In this document: piece by piece, positions 36,550 through 47,958 of the stretch | How the letters are laid out: every line of letters starts with the position of its first letter | Position numbering within the stretch: position 1 is the stretch's first letter | Assembly (NCBI RefSeq): GCF_006345805.1 | Contig: NC_043007.1 | Location: 71,734,001-71,798,000, forward strand | Length of the DNA: 64,000 bases | Direction of reading: 5' to 3' | Source of the DNA: Octopus sinensis | Lineage: Eukaryota | Notes under the pieces: generated by a model | Told to the model about the DNA's origin: nothing | What the model saw: only the letters and a program-made list of their open reading frames with translations | The model's database searches: none | Program-made: the position numbers and the translations under genes

Positions 36550-38258
36550 TAGTAGTAGTAGTAGTAGCAGTAGCAGTAGTAGCAGCAGCTGTAGTAGTAG
36601 ATTTTCAGTTTAATCAGTTACTTTAATGTTTGCAGATTGCTTGATGCAGCTGTCGTTGTTAAGTTGCAAGAGAGATATACATTGTCATTGTACAAGATGT
36701 CTATTTAACTGAAAAGGAGAACTGAGAACAGCGGTTATATTCAATGCATGGCTAGAAGCACAATGGAATGGTAATTATAGTTTTTTTTTTTTTTCAGTCC
36801 AACACTTTAACAACTCAGCAACTATACCTGTATTTTTCAGGCTATGGCAATATGAAAACTGAGTGAGATATTTGCAATAATGAATATAAAAAAAAATCTC
36901 ATAGAAATCTACAGCAGTGATGATAATGTCGCTCCATTCGTTTTTCATATAGAGCAGCAATGTTATATAAGAAACTACGTAGCCATTTTGAAAGAAAGCA
37001 TGCAATACCTGGTTGAAATCATTGGAAATAATTGGAATTTCTTGACCTTCAAAGCTATCGTTCTTTGCTTTATTAGTTCTAACATTTCTCAACTATTTTT
37101 AATGGAAGATTGTTTACATCTTGACCTTTCAATCAAAAATGGAAAGGCTCCATGGAAAATAAGGAGAAGGACGGTTATAATTAGAGTGAATCAACTGCAA
37201 TATAAAAAGTAATTTTCTGCGATGGAAATTTCAGAATTCGTTTCAATGAAAATCGCAAAAAAAAAGAAAATTGGAGCTAAGCATTCTGTTCGTTTCTTTT
37301 CCATGCTTTAGTAATCATATCCTTAAAAAATAGTGCTATCCAAATTTACTCTCTCTCTCTCTCTTTCACTCTCTCTCTCTCTCTCTCTCTCCTCCCCCCT
37401 TCTTCCATTATATATATATATATATATATCTTTCTCACACACTTGCTTTCTCTATGTCTCTCTGCAGTTCTCTGTCTTTTTCTGTATGTCTGTCCGTCTA
37501 TACTTCGGTCTCTCTCTCTATATATATATATGTATGTGGATTTGTGTTTGTATGTATATATGTCTGTGTCAGCATGAGTATGTTGTTAAATATATCTACC
37601 TCTATATCTCTGTCTTTCCCTTTCTATATGTGTGCGCGCGCGTGTGTGTGCGTGTGCATGTGCACAAATTAGTATATTTGTCTACTTACTTGCATACCTA
37701 ATTATCTATATCTTTGATATTTATTTCATTCTCACCCTATTTGGAGACAATCCCTTCTCTCCATAGGTAATAGACAATAGCATTCTCTGGTAATTATTTC
37801 ACCGTATGAACAGGCTTTGTAGACGCTCTTATATCTAAATATTTACTTTCTAATTAATTGTGCATGTATACTAGGTATAGACAGGACATAGTTTAATTAC
37901 AAATCAAATGATATAAACGACAATTACAAAGACAACAACGATACAATTTAGAATTACATATGATTAGATGCCTAAACGCTTATTCTTTGAACTATTACAT
38001 TTGATTTCCTTTGTATGACAGAAATTATAATTTTAGTAGCAAACGACAATAATTAAATGAATTCTAATTATTTCTCAACTAAATTCTACGAAACCCATGT
38101 CACTAACTTACACCCATTATAACAGGTTGAGTTTTTACTCATTATAATTAACTAATTATAATTTGTGAAAAGGAAAATTTGCATTCCCTATACATGGAAT
38201 CATCAGTGACATTATCAGTGACATCATGTGACATTATTCGAGTCTGTCCATTACACAC

Positions 38259-38295
<37 letters not shown>

Positions 38296-38494
38296 TGTTT
38301 GTATGTATGTATGTATGTATGTATGTATGTATGTATAAATGTATGTATGTATGTATGTATGTATGTATGTATGTATAAATGTATGTATGTATGACCGTGT
38401 TATGATAGACATTTCAAATTGTTAGAATAATTCCACCAAAAATACCTTTATCGCATTTAAAAAATTAAATGGTTTTTTTTTTTTTTTTTACTCC

Positions 38495-39240
38495 AAACAC
38501 AGATTTCCTTGCATCTGCAGACATCACTTCAATTAAAGCAATGATTCTGAAAAACCAAATAAGATGGTCTGACTATATTGTTCGAATGGAGGATGAACGC
38601 ACACCCAAACAGCTGTTTTATGGCGAGCTTGCAAAGTGGAAACGCTATCGATGTAAACCTAAAAAGAGGTTTAAGGACGGCATAAGGATTACCATGAAGT
38701 CACTTGGAATGGTTCCAGGGGACATAGAAATGTTGCTTCGGATCGAGCTGGATAGCGAACAAAAGAATGGAGTGGAATGAAAACGTTTGGAGAGGCCCGG
38801 ATAACACATGCAAAACTCAAAAGAGATTTAAAGAAAAATGTTACGATCGAGGTAAATCACAATGACCTTTTGTGTGCGCAGTTTGTGACAAACCATGCCT
38901 TTCCTTTGCCGGGCTCAAATCTCATTTGTGGACCCATGAAAAACGAACCTCCACCAGCTATTCTGCCTATATATATGTGCACATCTTTCAATTCCATATA
39001 TGCCATAATATCTGCTAATCTACCGGATGCCTCAAAAGACATTTTAAGACACACAAAAATCAGAATTTAACTGCAGCTCTTGGTGGTCCAAATCGAATAT
39101 GCAATTTATGTGGGTGTCTTTTCAATACATTGTCTGGTTTAAAAAGCCACATCAGACATCGTGATGAATCTAAGGTGTAGGTTCAAGAGGTGGTCAGACT
39201 CTGCATAAGGTGTAGACAACCACCATGTATGTATTACGGA
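38495..39240 (+). mobile_element. RTE-type LINE 3' end with C-terminal C2H2 fingers
   Basis: QIRWSDYIVRMEDERTPKQLFYGEL...KPKKRFKD, then CAVCDKPCLSFAGLKSHLWTH and CNLCGCLFNTLSGLKSHIRH. Confidence 0.8.
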
Positions 39241-39523
39241 GCATTTCTTATATACGGTCACTAAAATCCAACAAATTATTACTGGGGTACGGAAATGTCA
39301 TCTCGGACATGCTAGAAACAACGGGTAAAGGACAGGATTTCTGAGATAACTTTTTTGTAAGTTTCAATGGAAGATCAGGTTTTAAAATAAGTTCATCACA
39401 AACAGGAATGACAGAATAGGAAAAGGTAATTTCTATAGGATTTGAGCTGTAATTTAGTGCACAGCAAAAAATAACATAATTCATACAGAACTTTAACTCT
39501 GTGTGTGTATGTGTGTGTGCGTG

Positions 39524-39598
<75 letters not shown>

Positions 39599-40474
39599 GT
39601 GTGTGTGCGTGTGTGTACTCTTGAATACACCAACATCAGTAGCTGAATATATATGGTCCCTAAAACATCCAAAAGCATTTACTGAATATGTATGATGTCT
39701 AAAATCATCCAACATCATTCACTGATAATGTATGGTCTTTAAAATACCCCATCGTATTACGGGAATATTCTCTAAATTCTAAATGTTCTTCACCATTATT
39801 ACCTGAATACATATGATATTTAAAATACCCCTACATAATTACCTCAATATACGTATCGTATATGAAATCTAAAATCCATCAAAATAATTAGTTGAATATA
39901 TATTGTATCTAAAATACATCAACATTATTAACATTATCTCTAGATTTTTCAAAATTTTAAAGTTAAATATATATGGTTTTTAGAATCTCTAACATCGTTA
40001 ACAGAATAAATATGGTTTCTCACCCCAACATTTTTAGCAAAATGTATAAAGTCTGAAATACCCACAATGTAACTTTACAATACAGCTGTGTATATGTATA
40101 TAGATATATGTATATATATGTGTATGTATATACGTATATATGTATGTGAATGTATATGCGTATATGTATATATTTGTGTGTGTGCGTGTTTGAGTATGCG
40201 AGTGTGTGTGTGTCTGGGTCTATGTATGTATCTATATAGCTAATTATATATAGTGTCTAAAATCCCCATCATTGAATATGTATTTTCTGTTAAATCTCCC
40301 CAACATAATTAGCTGAACCATGTGGCTGGTTAGCACTACTTACCACACAGCCACTATATATATATATATATATATATATTTAAAATGAGGATGAAACATT
40401 GAATACCAACAATTTAACACCAGTGGTCTAGCATATTAAAATCTGACGGTTCAGTAAATTATATTACATACATA

Positions 40475-40714
40475 TGAGAGGGATGACCACTATGTGGACA
40501 ACCTTTATGCTAGAGGTAGGATCCACTATGGTCTTACCATATGCTTTACTGAAATATGTTTGTGATTAATCTATATTTTTGTTACTTTTTCATTTGACTT
40601 GCTCGCTTACGTTCTGGTGTTTGCTAAATTTTCTTCACAACATTTCTTAGTGGTAAGACCATAGCGGATCTACTTCTAGCATAAGGGTTGTCAACATAGC
40701 GGTCATCCCTCTCA
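40475..40714. mobile_element. MITE with ~70-bp TIRs
   Basis: TA|TGAGAGGGATGACC...GGTCATCCCTCTCA|TA. The arms pair over ~70 bp with a few mismatches. Confidence 0.78.
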
Positions 40715-41044
40715 TACATACATACATATATATATATATAATATATATATATATATATGTAACCTTTAATTTGCCCCAGCATCAGTATATTGTCTATAAA
40801 ATCATCCAGTGCATTTAGCTGAATATGTGTGGTCTCTATAATCCCTCAGTATCATTACTTGAATATATATGGTGTTTAAAATACCCCGAACATCATTAAC
40901 TGTATGCATATGTTCCTCATACCATATAAAGGCATTACCTGAATATATATGGTCACAGAAACACCTCAATATGATTAGCTGAATATATATGGCGTCTAAA
41001 ATATCTAAACATTATTTCCTGAATATGTATGATCACTAACTTAA

Positions 41045-41075
<31 letters not shown>

Positions 41076-41087
41076 TGTGTGTGTGTG

Positions 41088-41125
<38 letters not shown>

Positions 41126-41714
41126 AGTGCGCGTGTGTGGAGTGCGTGAGCACGCGCGTGATAAATATATATATGATTTCTAAAAGCCACCAACATCATT
41201 ATCTGAATATATTATGGTCTCGTAAACTTCCAAATTTAATAGCATAATGTATACGGTCTCTGAAATTTCTGAATGTCATTAGCTGGGTATATATGGCGTA
41301 TAAAATACCATAACATCCTCAGCTGAATAAGTATGCTCTCTTATATTACCCAGCATCAGTATGTGAAGATATGTTCTCCAAATTCTCCAAAATCACAGCA
41401 AATTATTATCAGAATATATGTAGTGTCTGATATACTCCAGCGTAATTATCTGAATATATATGGTCTCTGAAATAACCAGATGTCACTAGCTGAAATCGAA
41501 TTGACTCTAAAGTACTTTAATAATATGAACTGGAAATATATGGTGTTTGAAATGATTTAACCGCAAATCTTGAATATTTTATGGTGTCTAATATCTTTAA
41601 ATATCATTGCATAGTATATGCTCTCTAAATTATTACCCGTCCAAGATTAGGTGAATATACATAGTATCAAAAATGGACACTATTACCTATATATTACCAA
41701 TATACATACACACA

Positions 41715-41747
<33 letters not shown>

Positions 41748-41852
41748 GCATGTATATGTATGTATATGTAGATATATGCATGCATACATACATACATACA
41801 TACATACATACATACATACATACATGCATACATACATACATACATACATACA

Positions 41853-41885
<33 letters not shown>

Positions 41886-41943
41886 GATTGGCCGCTAGCT
41901 GCTAAAGCTTTTTTTTATTCTCTCTGTTTATTTTCTCGTGTTC

Positions 41944-41979
41944 CTTTCTGTTGAAGAACGTAGGCTCGAAACGTAAAAG
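41944..41979 (+). ncRNA. Decayed minimal hammerhead motif
   Basis: CTTT-CTGTTGA-A-GAAC GTAG GCTC-GAAA-CGTA^-AAAG. Same scaffold as 50591-50625, but with A6U and a helix II mismatch. Confidence 0.5.
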
Positions 41980-42075
41980 ACTTTCTCACCTTCCTGGGTG
42001 TTAAACTTTTACGTCTGTTTGTTGTTAATACACATGTCTTCGTATTTTGTTTTTCTGCAAATTCCAACTATATAT

Positions 42076-43030
42076 TTACTGTCTTCAAAAAAGTTTTTTT
42101 CGTTTCATGTTCGTCTCTGTTGCGTTGCATTCTTTCCTTCTGGGGCTGGCCGATTCAGAGCGGATCTCAGAATTAAACAGCCGAAATCTGCGATGAGGAA
42201 TCGGTTTCTGACTGAAGAACGAAGGTTTTGAATGACCCGTCTGTCTCTTATGTTCGTCCCTTCGTGTATTTCACGTTATTTATTTATGTAAAGGTTTATT
42301 CTATATTTCGCAGCGTACGTGCATAATCTCTTTATGTTTGTCATATCACCACCCCTGCACGATGTCTTTAAACTTTTTCTTTCCTTCGCCATTGCTTCTT
42401 TGCCAAATTGTTTTGGCGCCTTTTTCTCCCAGCCTCTCTGATTCCTTCTCTCCCTCTCTCTCTTGGTCACTGCTTTTTCTCTGATTCCTTCTCTCCCTCT
42501 CTCTCTTGGTCACTGCTTCTTCTCTGATTCCTTCTCTCCCTCTCTCTCTTGGTCACTGCTTCTGTCCTCGCCTTCCACCCTCCTTGGTCCCCTCTCTCTC
42601 TGTCCCTCTTTTCCTCTCTCTTACCCCTTCTCTCTCTTACCCTCTTGCGACTTGCTGCCTCAGCCATTCTGTTGCCATCGGCCGCTTGTTCAACATGTGT
42701 CTCCTAACCGAAAAGGTAATTATTTTTCCACGCTTGCTGATATTGTTTTTGTGTCTCCTTTTGTCTCAAAGCCGTAGGGCGCCTGTGTCATCCATGTTTT
42801 TAACCGTTACTGTCTTCAAAAAAGTTTTTTTCGTTTCATGTTCGTCTCTGTTGCGTTGCATTCTTTCCTTCTGGGGCTGGCCGATTCAGAGCGGATCTCA
42901 GAATTAAACAGCCGAAATCTGCGATGAGGAATCGGTTTCTGACTGAAGAACGAAGGTTTTGAATGATCCGTCTGTCTCTCATGTTCGTCCCTTCGTGTAT
43001 TTCACGTTATTTATTTATGTAAAGGTTTAT
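42076..43030. mobile_element. Non-coding element with 224-bp direct terminal repeats
   Basis: 42076-42299 and 42807-43030 differ at two positions seen by eye. The pyrimidine-rich interior has an ~39-bp unit repeated three times. No TG...CA termini; (TA)n follows. Confidence 0.75.
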
Positions 43031-43091
43031 ATTATATTATTATAATATATATATATATATACATATATATATAATATATATATATATATTA

Positions 43092-43128
<37 letters not shown>

Positions 43129-43485
43129 ATATATATTATATATATAGTATATATATATACATTAAAATACGGTGCTGAATAGATATTACCTCGAAACTAA
43201 CCCAACACCAATAGCTGTATACATATGGTGTCTTAAACACCCCAGGATCATCTCCTTACTATATATGGTCTTTAAAATTCAACAGCATCATTATCTGAAT
43301 ATACGGTTTCTAAATTCTCCCTTGAGCGACTCTGGGCAGGTATAATACTTTTACATCTTTTTACCATAAAGAAGAAATTTTCTCCACAGTAACTGCCTTT
43401 TAACAGTTGAAATATGTCACAAACATATTTTAACAAATCTAAGGTTTACTTATGCTGAAACGCTGTCTGGTGTTGATATTACGGT

Positions 43486-43529
<44 letters not shown>

Positions 43530-44676
43530 ATATATATATATAAATATGTGTGTGTGTGTTGTGTGTTGTGTGTGTGTGTGTGTGTGTGTGTGTCTATGTA
43601 TGTTTATATCATTAGCATACATATGGCGATTAAATACCACTATGACTTCTAAATATTAATTGCTGAACAGATGTGGTATCTAAAAAGCAGGAAATTATTA
43701 GCTAAATATATATGACCCCGCCCCCAAATCTTCAAATACCCTAAGTTGATTAAATGTTGAATCAAAAACCCCTACATTATTTCATGAATATATACGTTTT
43801 CTAAATTACGTATTAAGTGAATAGCTAAATATATATGGTATCTAAAATAACCTAACATTATGAGTGGTATACATATGGTATTTAAAATACCCGTATATAA
43901 TTTCTTTAACGTATATGGTGACTAAAATCTCCTTAAATCATTACCACCGTATATGTTCTCTAAAACATCTCAATATCATCAGCTGAATACACAGGTGCCT
44001 AAATTAAACAAACATTATTTTCTGAACATGTATATTCTCTAGCTCGCATCCAGTAGGTTTAGCTGAAGCTATAGAATATCAAAAAGACACCAATATTATA
44101 AGCGTTCTATATATAATATCAAAAAGTACACCAACATTATTTTCTGAATATATATATGATGTCTTAATTAGGTCCAACATCATTACCTGAATATACCTGC
44201 CGTCTAAAATACCTCTAATATAATCAGCTGAATATATATGGTGTCTAATATACCCTACCATTTCCTCCTGAATAAGTATGTTCTCTAACTTACATCGAAC
44301 ATGCCGAATATGCATGTAGTCCGAATATGCATGTAGTCCGAAATACGACAGCATAATCAGCTGAAAATATGTGGTCTCCAAAATACCTAAATATTTGCTG
44401 AATTTAAATATATTTGCTGAATATGTATTATGTCTAAAATAATCTAACGTCAAATCTTAGATATATATGGTGTCTAAAATCGTCCAACAACATTATATAC
44501 TGTATGTTCTTTAAATTACACCAACAGTATTAGCCTAATAACATCATTAGGTGAATAAATATAGTGCCTGAAATATCTAATGTGGACATTAAATCCTTGG
44601 AGGTCACTACTGAAATATATACACTCTCTAAAATACCCCATTATAACAGCTGAATATATATATTATATATATATAT

Positions 44677-44710
<34 letters not shown>

Positions 44711-44764
44711 ATATATATATTATATATATATAAATGTAATATGTGACAATTATTCGGTAGCCAT

Positions 44765-44825
44765 GATAAAACTCTGAGTTTCGGATGCCGGGGTGGAAAT
44801 TCACGTCGCTATCTCTTCAGTTATC
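44765..44825 (-). ncRNA. Type I hammerhead motif, left arm of palindrome
   Basis: GATAA-CTGAAGA-[31-nt helix II region]-GAAA-CTC A GAG-TT^-TTATC on the minus strand. Confidence 0.68.
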
Positions 44826-44903
44826 CGGCCATCGGAAAAAAAATGCTATGAAAAATCATCTATGAAAAATCTGATTTTCATAGCACATTTTTTCCGATGG
44901 CCG

Positions 44904-44964
44904 GATAACTGAAGAGATAGCGACGTGGATTTCCACCCCGGAATCCGAAACTCAGAGTTTTATC
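44904..44964 (+). ncRNA. Type I hammerhead motif, right arm of palindrome
   Basis: GATAA-CTGAAGA-[G...GTGGA TT TCCAC...C]-GAAA-CTC A GAG-TT^-TTATC. Helix I is 5 bp, helix III is palindromic, and the triplet is GUU. Confidence 0.68.
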
Positions 44965-45078
44965 ATGGCTACCGATAATTGTCACATATTACATTTATAG
45001 ATAAATTCCTCTATTTAAATAATCGAGGTCTTTCATTCTTTTGTTGTCTTACATTTTTATCAATATATATATAGATAT

Positions 45079-45124
<46 letters not shown>

Positions 45125-45529
45125 ACTGTGGTCACTGCAACATCGATATTCTTCCCTGTGTTTGTGAAAGTTTTGTATCTCTGCCGTAAGGCTTCATTTC
45201 CACACACGCCAGCTGAATTCAATTTGTCCCCAGTCGAAAGACACCTGTTATTATGTCCTGTTATTATTATTGTTATTATTATTGTATTTTGTATTTATAT
45301 TTGTGTAACATCGTATGTTTTTCCGTCCTTTATATTACACCAAAATACTCCAGAATTATTTCCTGAATAGATATGTTGTCTCAATAACACCCAACATCAC
45401 TAGCTGAATATATATTGTGCCTAGAATGCTCCAATATCTTTACTGAATACATACGATCCTCAAAATATACTAATAAAATTAGCTGAATATATATTATTTA
45501 TATATCTCATTACATCATTAGCAGTGTAG

Positions 45530-45560
<31 letters not shown>

Positions 45561-45668
45561 ATATATTTATATAAAGTTAATCCAAACATGAAAACAAAAA
45601 GACAAAAACGCAATGATGTGGAACAAATAAAGTATTATTGGACGCTCAGGAAAAAAGGGAAGAAGGAA

Positions 45669-45703
45669 GGTTGACGTTTCGAGCGGAGCTCTTCGTCGGA
45701 AAC
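45669..45703 (-). ncRNA. Minimal hammerhead motif (U4C variant)
   Basis: GTTT-CCGACGA-A-GAGC TCC GCTC-GAAA-CGTC^-AACC, inside a ~170-bp element homologous to 50530-50725. Confidence 0.6.
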
Positions 45704-45751
45704 ATAGGAGAAAGAAAGATCCTGAGACGGGAGGACAGAGGAAAAAAAAAT

Positions 45752-45782
<31 letters not shown>

Positions 45783-45789
45783 TATATTA

Positions 45790-46339
45790 CTAGCAGTATA
45801 ACTCGGCTTTGCCCGGGATTAAGTTAGGATATTAAGCTAATCAAGTTCTTTATTTCAAACCTAAGTAACATCGACGTCAAATTTGGGGGAAATCCGTTGA
45901 AATTGGTTTATATATATATATATATATATATGGGCAACACACACCACACACGTACGTACACCTATCGCATACATCTTTTTTGTATGCATACATGTTCGTG
46001 TGTGTGTTGCCCGTATATCAACAAAACACTTTTTTCATCGATGGAAAAAAAAATTAAAAAGTCTTAACAAAACTTATTCGTCGCTAGAAGGGGACTTAAT
46101 TCCTGTTTGCAAACAATGGTGATTTCTCCGACTTGAAATTTGTTAAAAGTTTTGGTTGAAAATTTATTTTTACTGTTATTCGCTGGTGCCTCTGGGGAAA
46201 ATAAGTTGACGAAAATACAGCTAGGATCATGACGAATGTCCTCCTAAAATTCGAGTGACATGCGTGCTAATTTGCGAACGTGCATAAATTACATTCGCGT
46301 ACACACACACACACACATCTTGCCTTTTATATATACAGA
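45790..46339 (-). mobile_element. Non-autonomous Helitron, third family
   Basis: On the minus strand A|TCTGTATATATAAAAGG...CCCGGGCAAAGCCGAGTTATACTGCTAG|T. Confidence 0.78.
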
Positions 46340-47477
46340 TGGTGTCTCAAATAGCGTAACATATTTTCCTGAATATATGTGGGTGTTTGAAATACCTCAA
46401 CATCTTTACTTGAAGATATACTGTATCGAAAATCATCCAATAACAATCCCTGATATATATGTACTAAATAACCCTCAACAACATTAGCTGAATATTGATG
46501 GTATCTAAAATACAATATAACTTTTATCTGAATACAAACGGTCTCTAAAATCCTCCAACATCACAAGAGAAGTAAAGAGGATATCTGAGGCACCCTAACT
46601 CCATTACATGAGTATCTGGTTTTCTGAAATTCTTCGATATCATTAGTTGAATATATGTTCTTTAAATTACACCTACATCATTATCTGAATATATACGGTA
46701 CTTAATATTTCTAACGCCATAGCTTGAATATATATCGTCTCTGAACTACCCTAAAATTATTGGGGGATAAAATACTTCAACTTTATTTTATGATTGTATA
46801 TTTTCTCTACTTTACGCCCTATACCAGTAAGTGTATGCGCAGACACCATATGTTCAACTGATGATGTTTGGATAATTTAGCGAACGTGTATTCTGGCAAT
46901 GCTGTGGAGTATATTTGAGTCTATATATACGAGGAATGATACTGGGTATATTAGAATTCATACATATTCAGGGAATGATGTTGGGGTATTTGAGATATAA
47001 TACATATTTAATTAATTTATCTGAATATATATATGGTGTTTAAAATACTGTAAATGCTTACGAGAATATACATTTTCTGAAATCTCCAAAATCATCACGA
47101 GGATATATGTTCTATAAATTACACCAACATCATTAACTAATATATATTGTGTCAAAAAGATAGCAACATCATTCTTTGAATATATATGGCTCTATATACC
47201 CCAATATTATTACCTGAATATATATTCAGTAAATTACCCGAACATCATCAGTTGAATATATATGACTTCCAAAATATCCGAATATCATTAAATGTTTGTA
47301 TGTGACCCACGAAGGTCATTACCTGAATGTATGTGGCTTCAATCATACCTCAATATCAGTAACTGAATTTTTATTGTGTCTAAAGTATTTCAACATTATT
47401 TTCTGATTATACAACGAACGCCCATCATCCGTATCTGAAAATATATGGTACCTAAAATAGAGCAACATCATTACCTG

Positions 47478-47958
47478 AAGATGTAGGTGTAGCTGTGAGG
47501 AGAAAACGTCGAATCACCATCTGTAAGTTATCAGAGGATGTGCAGATTAGTTAGAGTTCAGTCCATTAATACTGAAGATTTGGGTATGAGACGCGTGTCT
47601 ACCAAGTTTGTACCAAAATTGCTTTCAGCTGACCTAAAAACACTCGGGTTTCAGTTGCACAAGATCTCCTTGATTGTGTCGAGAACGATGAAAACCTTTT
47701 GAAAACTTTGCGTAGGCATCTGAGCAGGTATCGCTTTTGGCAAAATTTGATGCAGATCCTCTGCTAAACTTTCTCTGACATGGTCAATGCAACGATCACA
47801 CGCTACACACGTTTCTTCCAAGCACTGCTCAAAAGAGCGGAAGCGAGCTAGAACGTTAAAACTTAGTGCACATGCACAGCAGAATTGAATGTCAATCTGT
47901 GCCAAGCGGGTTGACTCTGCGTGCTTTAGCTTCGTTACTATGGCAGCCGTCCGCGTAT
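47478..47958 (+). mobile_element. Internally deleted mariner remnant inside the 40-bp array
   Basis: RRITICKLSEDVQIS...LGMRRVSTKFVPKLLS...RVSVAQDLL (HTH and WVPxxL-like linker), ending at ...CCGCGTA|TA. Confidence 0.72.

Larger units (their letters stand above)
44729..44999. repeat. Long near-perfect palindrome (~125-bp arms)
   Basis: TATAAATGTAATATGTGACAATTAT... pairs with ...ATAATTGTCACATATTACATTTATA. Short central loop near 44860. Confidence 0.92.

Noticed and set aside
36775-37212. Overlapping ~105-110-aa ORFs in unique AT-rich sequence
   Set aside because: No recognisable motif or consistent splice context; lengths are plausible by chance.
42160-42235. GAAA...CTGAAGA arrangement as a permuted hammerhead (similar spacing near 56335-56375, minus strand)
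   Set aside because: The cleavage position would be G, helix II does not pair, and extra bases precede the core.
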